A DNA stretch of 64,000 bases from an uncultured Clostridium sp. (GTDB taxonomy: Bacteria; Bacillota; Clostridia; TANB77; CAG-508), in assembly GCA_947648765.1 (NCBI GenBank), contig CANSOY010000001.1:7016-71015 (forward strand), given 5' to 3'. Shown piece by piece: positions 10,164 to 19,317 of the stretch. Under the pieces are notes generated by a model, which did not search any database, had not been told where the DNA came from, and worked only from the letters and a program-made list of their open reading frames with translations. Position 1 is the first letter of the stretch; each line of letters starts with the position of its first letter. The translations under genes were made by a program, and so were the position numbers.

Positions 10164-10304
10164 TTATGCCAAAAACAAGGCAGCTGGGAGACCGCCCTGA
10201 ACTGATTTCTCAGTTTTTTCTGCTCTGTTTTTGTATGTATTCAATTCTTCTTCCAATTTTTCAATTTTCTGAGGTAGAATCCATATTGACAGATATCCGT
10301 TCAT
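10164..10304 (-). CDS. small hypothetical protein (46 aa, coiled-coil-like)
   Basis: ATG preceded by a strong AAGGAGG Shine-Dalgarno. Not in ORF track (<60 aa). Confidence 0.3.
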   Translation of the reverse strand: MNGYLSIWILPQKIEKLEEELNTYKNRAEKTEKSVQGGLPAALFLA

Positions 10305-10552
10305 ATTGTATACCTCCTTTCTCCAAGATTTCCTTTTCAGAAAGGATATTCCTATCTTACCACGCTTTCTTTTGTTTTACAGTTATTTCCATTTATTTTC
10401 TTGAAAGTTTTTTCTTTTTCGCCCTTATCTCCTCATATTCGTAGTCATTGCAAAGTTTTGCCAAAAATGTTATACTTTTGGTAATATCGTTTGGCATGCC
10501 ACTCGGAATAAGCCAATGATAGTAACAACTTGAAAGAAAAGAGGCGAATTCT

Positions 10553-10783
10553 GTGGGTCAAAAAGTAAATCCCCATCGTATGCGAGTTGGTGTGATACGG
10601 GATTGGGACTCTCGCTGGTATCCGGAAGAAGAACCCCGTATTCCATCCCCTACTGTATCTGGTTCCATGGTTGGAGTGATAAAACCTTGGGAAGTTCCCA
10701 AACGGACAATTTGGTCCAAGTTCTTGGGACTGTGGTATTCGCTTAAAATCGCTATTTTTGCGATTACCCATCCCTCTTCTTGA
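10553..10783 (+). pseudogene. ribosomal protein S3 (rpsC) N-terminal fragment fused to unrelated sequence
   Basis: First ~24 aa [23 protein letters not shown] match the universally conserved S3 N-terminus (MGQKVNPxGxRxGxxxxWxSxWY). The remainder is unrelated. The region is GC-rich and has ORFs on both strands. Confidence 0.3.
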
Positions 10784-10802
10784 GAAAATCTGAGTGGCAA
10801 AC

Positions 10803-10847
10803 GTAGGCGTCTGGAAACTTCTAGGCGCCTACTCTCATTCTTTTTTA
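10803..10847 (+). terminator. rho-independent terminator
   Basis: gtaggcg...cgcctac hairpin followed by tctcattctttttt. Confidence 0.45.
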
Positions 10848-10911
10848 TTCCCATTGCTATTTTTTCACTTTTTCGATATAATGCAAAAAAAGAATTGATA
10901 AGAGGTAAGTT

Positions 10912-12222
10912 ATGAAAAATTTGTTAATTCAAAATGGACTTGTCCTAATTTTTTCAGAAGATTATACAGATATGTCGTTTCAAAGAAAAGATATCTTGGT
11001 TTCCGAGGGGAAAATTGTACAAGTGCAAGATAAAATAGAAGCAGATTTCGAGAATTGCACCGTTTTAGACGCTTCTGGAAAGTGTGTTATGCCAGGTCTT
11101 ATTAACACCCATACCCATCTTCCCATGTGCATTTTCCGCGAAACTTTTGAAGGTTGCAATCTCTATGACTGGCTTAACGATAAAATCTGGCCATTAGAGG
11201 CTAAATTAACCGAGGAGCAAGTGTATGACGCAACACTCCTTTCCTATATCGAGCAAATTCGCACTGGTACTACTTGTACCAATGACCACTATTTCTTTTC
11301 AGATGCTGTTCGCAAAGCAACCATAGATAGCAAAATGCGTGCCGTTTTAACACGTGTTTTGATGGACTCGGACGGAGAAGAAGCAAGCAAACAGCGCGTG
11401 CAGGAATTCCGCAAGTTTTATGAAACAAGAGATCCCCAAAACTCACGCATTACTTATTCGGTTTCTCCTCATTCGCTCTATACTTGTTCTCCTGCTTGTT
11501 TAGAACAGGCTGCTGAACTTGCAAAAGAATATGATTTACCAGTTCATATTCATTTTTTGGAGAGCGAAAAAGAGGCAGAAGATATTCGCAAATTGCACCA
11601 AGACTCCCCTGCCAAGGTACTAGCAAAACATTTTGCAGATAATCGCCTGATTTTAGCACATTGTGTTCATTTTGGATCAGAAGAAATCCAAATTTTGAAA
11701 ACCTTAACTTGTGGCATTGCTCATAATCCAATTTCCAATTTACGACTTGGTTGCGGGATTGCTGATACCACTTCATATTTGCAAAATGATTTACTCGTTG
11801 CACTTGGAACGGATGGGCAAGGAAGTGGTAGCAATTTAGATTTATTTGACGCAATGCGTATGGCTTGTTTAATCCAAGGTGGTATTCATACCGAAAATGA
11901 AAAACGTTTGACTGCTAAAGATGCAATTCGTATGGCTACCATTAACGGTGCTAAGACTCTTGGCTTAGATAAAGAAATTGGTAGTATTGAAATGGGAAAA
12001 CAAGCTGACCTTATTTTGGTGGATATTTCTTCTAATCTGGGGACCATTAAATCTATGCCAAACCACAATCTCATTTCCGATTTGGTGTATAACAAATCTG
12101 GTTTGGATGTTGATACAACGATTGTTGCAGGAGAAATCTTAATGCAAAACAAACAAATTCCACATCTTGACGTTAATCAAGTGATTGCAAAAGTACAAAA
12201 AAATCTTTTGGAAAAAGATTGA
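10912..12222 (+). CDS. amidohydrolase, 5-methylthioadenosine/S-adenosylhomocysteine deaminase (MtaD)-like
   Basis: Metal-binding MPGLINTHTHLPM motif. 436 aa, consistent with the chlorohydrolase/deaminase family. Confidence 0.7.
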   Translation: MKNLLIQNGLVLIFSEDYTDMSFQRKDILVSEGKIVQVQDKIEADFENCTVLDASGKCVMPGLINTHTHLPMCIFRETFEGCNLYDWLNDKIWPLEAKLTEEQVYDATLLSYIEQIRTGTTCTNDHYFFSDAVRKATIDSKMRAVLTRVLMDSDGEEASKQRVQEFRKFYETRDPQNSRITYSVSPHSLYTCSPACLEQAAELAKEYDLPVHIHFLESEKEAEDIRKLHQDSPAKVLAKHFADNRLILAHCVHFGSEEIQILKTLTCGIAHNPISNLRLGCGIADTTSYLQNDLLVALGTDGQGSGSNLDLFDAMRMACLIQGGIHTENEKRLTAKDAIRMATINGAKTLGLDKEIGSIEMGKQADLILVDISSNLGTIKSMPNHNLISDLVYNKSGLDVDTTIVAGEILMQNKQIPHLDVNQVIAKVQKNLLEKD

Positions 12223-12285
12223 GAATTCTAGTTTTTCGTGGTATGATTTTGGTAACGAGCACAAAGGAGAAGGAGAATTTGAATT

Positions 12286-13230
12286 ATGTTTTCAAGTACA
12301 GTTGATTTTTATAGTCCAACCAACTTAAAATCATATAACTTAGATCGTGTTATGAAATATCAATTAGATATTTTGGAAAGGTTAGACCCTTTTACCCGAA
12401 CCCATAGTGAAAATGTAGCAAATTTGGTTTGCCGAATTTGTGAATATTTGAATTGTTCAAAAAATTTCATTATTTTTGCTACAATTTCTGGTTATTTACA
12501 TGATGTTGGGAAAATCTTTATTCCACCAGAACTTCTTAGCAAACCAGACCGTTTAACACCAGAAGAATTTGAAATTATGAAAACACATACCACACTTGGT
12601 TATGATATGTGTTATAAAGACTTAAAACTCCGTCCTTATGCGGAAGGTGCTCTCAATCACCATGAGGCTTTGAATGGAACTGGCTATCCAAATGGAAAGA
12701 CCAAAAAGGACATTCCTTATGTTGCACAAATTATCCGTGTGGCTGATGAGTATGACGCGATTGTAACCAAGCGTCAATATAAAACACATATCAATATTTC
12801 CGAAACCTTGAAACAGTTAATCAAAGACGCAAGACCAGAAGAACACTTACGTTCGATTGCTTTAGATATGCTTGCTGGTCATTCCAAGAGCGGAAAGATT
12901 AACCCAAAGGTATTGAAAACACTGTTCAAAGTAGTAATTGACGATACCCTTTATGAAATTAGTGGTGTTTCGGAATATGTAGCTTATCTAAAAGAAGAAA
13001 TTAAACGTCTTAATCTGATTGCTTCGTATGAAGAAAAAATGAATAATAGCAAAAAGCAGAAGCAAAAAGATTACTATCTCGAAGGTATTAACATGCTATT
13101 AAAGCATGATGAAACCTTAGAAAATTACAAACAAATTTTATCCGAATACCAAGAAGCATTGGATTTACGTGAGGATATGATTGCCAAACTTAATCAAGAA
13201 ATTAAAATTATTAAAGCATTACGTATCTAA
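12286..13230 (+). CDS. HD-GYP domain protein (putative c-di-GMP phosphodiesterase) with C-terminal coiled coil
   Basis: HD motif YLHDVGK and HHEALNGTGYPNG (GYP). Confidence 0.7.
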   Translation: MFSSTVDFYSPTNLKSYNLDRVMKYQLDILERLDPFTRTHSENVANLVCRICEYLNCSKNFIIFATISGYLHDVGKIFIPPELLSKPDRLTPEEFEIMKTHTTLGYDMCYKDLKLRPYAEGALNHHEALNGTGYPNGKTKKDIPYVAQIIRVADEYDAIVTKRQYKTHINISETLKQLIKDARPEEHLRSIALDMLAGHSKSGKINPKVLKTLFKVVIDDTLYEISGVSEYVAYLKEEIKRLNLIASYEEKMNNSKKQKQKDYYLEGINMLLKHDETLENYKQILSEYQEALDLREDMIAKLNQEIKIIKALRI

Positions 13231-13258
13231 AAGAATGGAGAAAGTCCATTCTTTTTCC
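13231..13258 (+). terminator. rho-independent terminator
   Basis: aagaatgga/ccattctt hairpin followed by TTTT. Confidence 0.45.
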
Positions 13259-13351
13259 ATTTTCACTGGACATTTTACCTACTTTTATGATATATTAACT
13301 TATAGATTAACTTTTCCAATTTTATCGTTATCGGAACACGGTACAGAAACG

Positions 13352-13384
13352 AAAAAAGCAACGACATACTCGTTGCTTTTTTTC
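13352..13384 (-). terminator. bidirectional terminator downstream of mazF
   Basis: agcaacg/cgttgct hairpin flanked by an A-run and a T-run. Confidence 0.45.
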
Positions 13385-13738
13385 TTAAATTCCAAAACTT
13401 ACGCCCAAGGCATTGTTAATTTTCGCAATCACTTCTTGGTCATCAATATGACCGATTTTCTCTTTTAACCTGCTCTTATCAATCGTTCGTATCTGTTCTG
13501 CCAATACAATCGAATTCGATTTTAGTCCATTGTCTTTTGAACCAATTTCAATATGCGTTGGTAACTTCGATTTTCCAGTCTGCGAGGTAATGGCTGCTGC
13601 AATTACCGTTGGACTGTGTTTGTTTCCCATATCATTTTGAATAATGAGGACTGGCCTAACGCCTCCTTGCTCTGAACCAACAACTGGACTTAAATCTGCA
13701 TAAAACATATCGCCTCTTTTAACTACCATTTTCTTCAC
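13385..13738 (-). CDS. mazF: type II toxin MazF/EndoA (PemK family) mRNA interferase
   Basis: Near-identical to the B. subtilis EndoA core: KRGD..ADLSPVVGSEQGGVRPVLIIQND..SPTVIAAAITSQ...QIRTIDKSRL. AGGAG Shine-Dalgarno present. Confidence 0.85.
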   Translation of the reverse strand: MKKMVVKRGDMFYADLSPVVGSEQGGVRPVLIIQNDMGNKHSPTVIAAAITSQTGKSKLPTHIEIGSKDNGLKSNSIVLAEQIRTIDKSRLKEKIGHIDDQEVIAKINNALGVSFGI

Positions 13739-13843
13739 TCCTAATATTTTTGCTTTTCCTCTATGGGATGGTTCGTAGTGCTTACGAGAGAGTTTCGAGG
13801 TAGGACGTATCTTTTTTGTTTTTCTCTCTTTTGTTTTCCGAAT

Positions 13844-14407
13844 TTATTTTTCTTCCGTCTTTATTTCGATCTCTTTATATAATATGTAAACACGATTTTT
13901 TTGGTTCTTGTCTTCAATCACGAGTTTTTGCGGTTTTCCCGTTTCCTTGCTTACATATAACTTTTTCTTCATCTGATAAGGACTATCTTCCTTTTGAATT
14001 TGAAAAACAATCGCATTTTCTTCTTCCAGTTTCTCTTTGTTTGGACTTTCTTGGTAATCTGCTAAAAAATCGTCTAACCATAAATCATTTTTTAGCATTT
14101 CATCATATTTTTCATAAATCTTGCTTAAATTGAAGGTGGTATTGCGAACTTCTAACTGTTCTCCTCTACGAATAATTTGAAAGCCTTTTAGATTTTCTGG
14201 TTGCAATATCTCTTGGGTTGCAACTTCTTTCTCGCCTTGTTTTTCATATTCTTGTTTACATGTGTATGTATTTGTATTTTTATTGCTTTGTATGGTTACT
14301 TCAATGGTTGCTTGATACTTGCTCATCTTCCATAGATTGGATTCCATTTCTTGAAATCCGTGTTTACTGATAGTATGGCCACTTTTTCCCATTCTATTAA
14401 CAACCAT
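13844..14407 (-). CDS. hypothetical K/E-rich protein; true start probably at 14501 (30-codon ORF with strong SD, joined by a frameshift in a T-run)
   Basis: The 187-aa ORF has no Shine-Dalgarno. A 30-aa ORF with AAGGAGGA Shine-Dalgarno ends 1 nt before it in another frame. Confidence 0.4.
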   Translation of the reverse strand: MVVNRMGKSGHTISKHGFQEMESNLWKMSKYQATIEVTIQSNKNTNTYTCKQEYEKQGEKEVATQEILQPENLKGFQIIRRGEQLEVRNTTFNLSKIYEKYDEMLKNDLWLDDFLADYQESPNKEKLEEENAIVFQIQKEDSPYQMKKKLYVSKETGKPQKLVIEDKNQKNRVYILYKEIEIKTEEK

Positions 14408-14583
14408 GTTAAAAACTAGAAAAAAAACACAAAAAAGTAGTACAATCCCGTAGGATTATCCACATTTTCTTCTTGTTTGGTGTATAACACTTTTTCGCCA
14501 TGCTTCTCTCCTCCTTTTTTTCATCAAAAAAGAATAGAGTATTCCTCTATTCTTTGTATGTATATATTCTCGGAGGGTTTTCC

Positions 14584-15601
14584 CTATTCCCTAATTTGCT
14601 TAAAATATTCTTTCAGGCAAACTTCTACTTCTTGTCTTGTATTTAACGAATTGATGGTATTTCTTAGCCCCGTAGCGTCTTTTTGGTTTTTAACATAACT
14701 GCTAATGTGTTTTCGCATTTCTTTGATAGCTGTATTCTCGCCCTTTTGTGCAACTGCCAAGTCAATATGCTTTAAGATAACCGCTAATATTTCCTGTGCT
14801 GTTATAGCAAATTCTTTGCCTTGTAAGTAAGCACGAATTTCTGCAAAAATCCATGGTTTTCCAAGGGCTGCTCTTCCAATCATAACCGCATCTACGCCAG
14901 TTTCTTCTAACATTTTTTTGGCACTTGGTCCATCGGTAACATCTCCATTTCCGATAACTGGAATGGATACCGCTTCTTTTACTTTTCGTATCTCGTCCCA
15001 ATCCGCGGTTCCGGTATAAAACTCTTCACGTGTTCTACCATGTATTGTAATTGCCTTCACGCCGCACGTCTTCGAGTCGTCTAGCAAGTTCTACTGCCAC
15101 TTTGTGTTCATTGTCCCAGCCCAAACGCATTTTAACCGTTACTGGCTTATCTGTGCTTTTGACTGCCGCTTCTGCTACCTTTTGAGCTAATGCCAAATTT
15201 TGCAATAGCCTACTGCCATCACCATTTTTTACAACTTTTGGTGCTGGACAACCAAAGTTTAGGTCAATGATATCTGCTTTTTCTTCTACATAGTGTGTTG
15301 CATAGGAAATTGCTTCTGGCTCACTTCCAAATATTTGAATGGCAATCGGTCTTTTTTCTCCCGTCGTTTCAAGTAATAAATTGGTTTTTTCGTCATGGTA
15401 CATCAGCCCTTTGGCACTTACCATTTCGGTTACCACAAGTCCTGGCTCATATTCTTCACACACCAAACGAAAGGCATGGTCTGTAATTCCTGCCATTGGT
15501 GCTAATAATAAACGACTTTTTAAGTTACAATCTCCAATCTTCCATTCTGCTTCCATTTTTCTACTCCATAAAGATTGCTTTTTTTCTTCTTCCACTAACA
15601 C
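14584..15601 (-). pseudogene. dus: tRNA-dihydrouridine synthase (Dus), single-base frameshift splitting it into two ORFs
   Basis: N-terminal part LLLAPMAGITD...NFGCP and C-terminal part AITIHGRTRE. The two ORFs overlap 15035-15087 in different frames. Confidence 0.7.
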
Positions 15602-16703
15602 TTAACAAAATTCCAATTAAGATTAAGTTGGTAACGAGCGAACTCCCACCATAACTAACAAATGGTAGTGGTACTCCTGTAATTGGTAATAGCCCCATCG
15701 TCATTCCAATATTCTCCATCATGTGAAAGATGAAAATACCAGCAATTCCGGCTGCAATATATGAGCCCAAATCGTCCTTGGCGGTTTTGGCAATATAGAT
15801 GGCTTTCGTAATGAGAAGAATATATAACGCAATCACGCTGGCGCCAACGACAAATCCTAATTCCTCTCCAATCACGGAAAAAATAAAGTCTGTGGTTTTT
15901 GGATATAAAAAGCCAAGTTGTGTCTGATTTCCTTTTCCAATTCCCATTCCAAACATTTCTCCTGCTCCTATGGCAAGCTTGGATTGTAGGATATTGTAGC
16001 CACTTCCTCTAGCATCAATTTCTGGATTTAAGAATACATCAATTCTTGTTTTTGCATGGTTTGGTAGAACAAAGAAATATAACAACGGTAATGCTATCAC
16101 AACAAGTGCAAGAGCAATGAAAATATATCGCTTTTTAATTCCTGCGACAAATAAAATCGCAACAATCGCAAATAGGAAAGCCATTGCAGTTCCATAGTCT
16201 GGTTGTTTTACAATCAATAAAACTGGTACTGCCACTGCAAGTAAGGAAGCAAATAGTCTGGTTGGTCTGCTAATCTCGTCCCTTCCTTTGGTTTGAAGCC
16301 TTGCTACAAGGTAAGAATAGGCTAATACAACCGCTACTTTTGCAAATTCGGATGGTTGGAAAGAGATAGTCTTCTTAATCACAAACCAACTAGATGCTCC
16401 TGAGATTGGTTCAGTAAACAGAACGGCTATGAGTAGGATAATCGAAATTCCATATAGAATAGGAGAAATTTTAGCTAAAATCTCATAGTCTAAGAACATG
16501 GTAATCACAAGAAATGGTATGCTAATGGCAAGCCACATCACTTGTTTCTTGAACTCTTCATGTCCTGTACCAAGTGTTGCAGAATACAACGCAACTAACC
16601 CTATTACAACTAATAGGGCAACACAAATTAAAATACTCCATTCCATATTTTTTAAGGTTCTACTCTTCATATTCTTTCGCTTTTTATCTCCTTCCCATAG
16701 CAA
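15561..16703 (-). CDS. rodA: SEDS family peptidoglycan polymerase (RodA/FtsW)
   Basis: 380 aa polytopic. Motif GSGYNILQSKLAIGAGEMFGMGIGKGNQ. Lies in an operon downstream of minD and minE. Confidence 0.8.
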   Translation of the reverse strand: MLWEGDKKRKNMKSRTLKNMEWSILICVALLVVIGLVALYSATLGTGHEEFKKQVMWLAISIPFLVITMFLDYEILAKISPILYGISIILLIAVLFTEPISGASSWFVIKKTISFQPSEFAKVAVVLAYSYLVARLQTKGRDEISRPTRLFASLLAVAVPVLLIVKQPDYGTAMAFLFAIVAILFVAGIKKRYIFIALALVVIALPLLYFFVLPNHAKTRIDVFLNPEIDARGSGYNILQSKLAIGAGEMFGMGIGKGNQTQLGFLYPKTTDFIFSVIGEELGFVVGASVIALYILLITKAIYIAKTAKDDLGSYIAAGIAGIFIFHMMENIGMTMGLLPITGVPLPFVSYGGSSLVTNLILIGILLSVSGRRKKAIFME

Positions 16704-16738
16704 GGATAGAGCAGATGATACATCTGCTCTACTTTGTT

Positions 16739-17221
16739 TTATGCTTTTTTGGTTGCTTCTTTTTCTGCTACGTTTTCTTCTTCTGGGCTCTCTTCTGCCT
16801 CTTCTTGGTTGTCTTCATCTGCGATTTCTTCTACTGTTTCTGGTATCTCTTCTTTTTCTGCTACGTCTTCTGGTTCTTCTTTCTTTGCTTCTTTCATTTC
16901 ACTAGCAGCAATTCTAGATTCATTTTTGATACTAACAATCGGAATGTTTGCATATAAGATGGGAGCCCCTGTGGTTCCATCTGAATTCGGTTTATTCGTT
17001 AGTTTTACATCGATTTCTTTTTCGTCTATATCAATATATTTCTTGATGACATCGATGATTTCTTGTTTCATTAGTTCCATGAAATCTGCCGATACGTTTG
17101 CACGGTCTTGCATTAAGACAAGATGTAGTCTTTCTTTTGCTGCATCTTTGGTTTTCATGCTTGTTTTATCGGTGTCTTTCTTTTTCATTTTATTAAAAAA
17201 GTTCACTACTCCTTCAAACAT
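16739..17221 (-). CDS. minE: cell division topological specificity factor MinE with acidic C-terminal extension
   Basis: AKERLHLVLMQDRANVS...EIIDVIKKYIDIDEKEIDVKL matches the MinE core. Confidence 0.75.
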   Translation of the reverse strand: MFEGVVNFFNKMKKKDTDKTSMKTKDAAKERLHLVLMQDRANVSADFMELMKQEIIDVIKKYIDIDEKEIDVKLTNKPNSDGTTGAPILYANIPIVSIKNESRIAASEMKEAKKEEPEDVAEKEEIPETVEEIADEDNQEEAEESPEEENVAEKEATKKA

Positions 17222-17244
17222 TCGTAAAATTCCTCCCTATAGTA

Positions 17245-18039
17245 TTATTTTTTTGAGAAAATATTTTTGATCTTTTGGAAGAAACCTTCACTTGACCCTG
17301 GTATAGTAATATCTACATTCTCTCCTAAAATTCTTCTCGCAATTTCAATATAAGCCTTGCCAGAAGGTGCTTTCTTATTGGATACTACAGGTTCTCCTTT
17401 ATTGGTTTGAGTGATAATATATTCGTCATCTGGTACTACTCCGATTAAATCAATCGAAAGTAGGTCTACGATATCTGTTACGTCCATCATTTCACCTTTT
17501 TTTACCATATTTGGACGAATACGGTTAATCACTAATTCTGGATTTTTCAATTCAGATGCTTCTAATAGTCCGATAATACGGTCTGCATCACGGATTGCAG
17601 AAATTTCAGCTGTCGTTACAACAACTGCTCGGTCTGCTCCTGCGATTGCATTTTTGAAACCTTGTTCTATCCCTGCTGGGCAATCGATTAGTATATAGTC
17701 AAACTCTTCTTTTAGCTTATTTGTAAGTTCTTTCATTTGTTCTTCATTTACGGCACTCTTATCTCTTGTTTGTGCGGCTGGAAGTAAGAAAAGCTCATTA
17801 AAACGCTTGTCCTTAATTAGTGCTTGTTTTAATTTACATTTTTCTTCTACAACGTCTACGATGTCATACACAATTCTGTTTTCTAATCCCATTACAACAT
17901 CAAGGTTTCTTAGTCCGATATCAGTATCTACTAATACAATTTTCTTTCCTTTTAGTGCTAATGCTGCTCCGAGGTTAGCTGTTGTAGTTGTTTTTCCAAC
18001 TCCGCCTTTCCCTGATGTAACAACTATAACTTCTCCCAT
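17245..18039 (-). CDS. minD: septum site-determining ATPase MinD
   Basis: Deviant Walker A SGKGGVGKTT. 264 aa. Confidence 0.9.
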   Translation of the reverse strand: MGEVIVVTSGKGGVGKTTTTANLGAALALKGKKIVLVDTDIGLRNLDVVMGLENRIVYDIVDVVEEKCKLKQALIKDKRFNELFLLPAAQTRDKSAVNEEQMKELTNKLKEEFDYILIDCPAGIEQGFKNAIAGADRAVVVTTAEISAIRDADRIIGLLEASELKNPELVINRIRPNMVKKGEMMDVTDIVDLLSIDLIGVVPDDEYIITQTNKGEPVVSNKKAPSGKAYIEIARRILGENVDITIPGSSEGFFQKIKNIFSKK

Positions 18040-18275
18040 TTTCTCCTCCTTAACTTCTTACGCTTTTCAGATTTTGCCTCTTTTTTAATTTCCTTTATAT
18101 CATATCTTGAATTTGAGGAAAAGTCAATGTATCTCGAAAAAATAGTTACAAAATTATTACAATTCTGTAACCTTTCTGACACAAAGGATACGGACCTTTT
18201 CAGCCCAGAGACTTATTTTTGTCTTTTTTTCCGAAAAAAGCCATGCAAAAAGGAGCAAATCTCCTTGTTTGCTCC

Positions 18276-19184
18276 TTAGTTCTTAAATTTCACAACAAAT
18301 CTTGTGTACCATATATTTTGATAATTGGTTTCTTTTGTTCCATTTACTTCACGCGAAATGCTATTGGCTGGAATTTTAATTTTTAGTGGTCCTTCGGTTG
18401 GCATATTACGAACTTCTAATACAAATTCTCTTTTTCGATTATTACTTGCGCTTGTTTCATAAGCAGTGATACTTGCTTTATCGTTGATATCAATTCCATT
18501 CATTAAAACACGAATTTTATTGGATGGTTCTTCATACACTGGTGTGCTAGTATCGCCTGCATAGGAAGAATAGATATAGATTTTTTCGGATTCACTAACC
18601 GTAATTCCTTTTGACCACATAACACGGAAATATACCGCTCCTTCTGGTCTTGTATAGAGTTCTCCATTTGCTTCAGATAAAAATGAACCATCTTCGCGGT
18701 AACTTATCCAAGTTACTTCTGTATCTGCATTTTGTCCAAAACAGCGATACACTCTCGCAGAACCAACATGGATTAGGTCTGTATAAATGGAGTTTGGATG
18801 TTCTTTATTATCTGAAATGACACCATTTTTTAGATACCCAACATTGTAATGTCCATTAAATAGGTTTCTCGTAAATAGGCTGATGGCTATGTCATGCTCC
18901 GTATCTTCTGCACGAAAAGTCATTTTTACCACTTGTTTGACATTATCATATTCTTCATTTACTTTTTTCCAAGCAAAGCCTGAATTTTGTGCTCTTTCCA
19001 TTAAAGCAACAACTTCTACTTCATAATGGCTTTTTAGAGCAATATCTGCCATCAGTTGCGACCTACGCACAAAACTTGCTCGTGCATACAATCCTAATAA
19101 AATGATATAGAAAGAAAATAGTGTTACTGCAACAAGAGGTGCAATAAACCCTTTTTCACTTTTCATATTTTTTTTCCTTTGCAT
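18276..19184 (-). CDS. hypothetical N-terminally membrane-anchored protein
   Basis: ORF with a single N-terminal TM. No recognisable motifs. Confidence 0.4.
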   Translation of the reverse strand: MQRKKNMKSEKGFIAPLVAVTLFSFYIILLGLYARASFVRRSQLMADIALKSHYEVEVVALMERAQNSGFAWKKVNEEYDNVKQVVKMTFRAEDTEHDIAISLFTRNLFNGHYNVGYLKNGVISDNKEHPNSIYTDLIHVGSARVYRCFGQNADTEVTWISYREDGSFLSEANGELYTRPEGAVYFRVMWSKGITVSESEKIYIYSSYAGDTSTPVYEEPSNKIRVLMNGIDINDKASITAYETSASNNRKREFVLEVRNMPTEGPLKIKIPANSISREVNGTKETNYQNIWYTRFVVKFKN

Positions 19185-19317
19185 ATTCCTCTTCCTTTCT
19201 TTTCAGAAGATTTCCTTCTTCTATCATACCCAAAAACCATACCGTTGTCAATCGATTTTCTGGTTCTATCTAAAATTTTATTTCCTTTGCTAGCACTTCT
19301 TCCATCTAGGTGAGAGA

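Noticed and set aside
10180-10200. Sequence agctgggagaccgcc resembling a cobalamin riboswitch B12-box
   Set aside because: It is only a loose match. It lies inside the 46-aa minus-strand ORF and after a terminator, with no downstream B12-related gene.
10445-10854. Two long minus-strand ORFs (108 and 98 aa) overlapping the S3-like ORF
   Set aside because: They overlap each other and the plus-strand ORF in a GC-rich segment. They have no Shine-Dalgarno, and their proteins are Arg/Pro-rich and nonsensical. These are artefacts of elevated GC.
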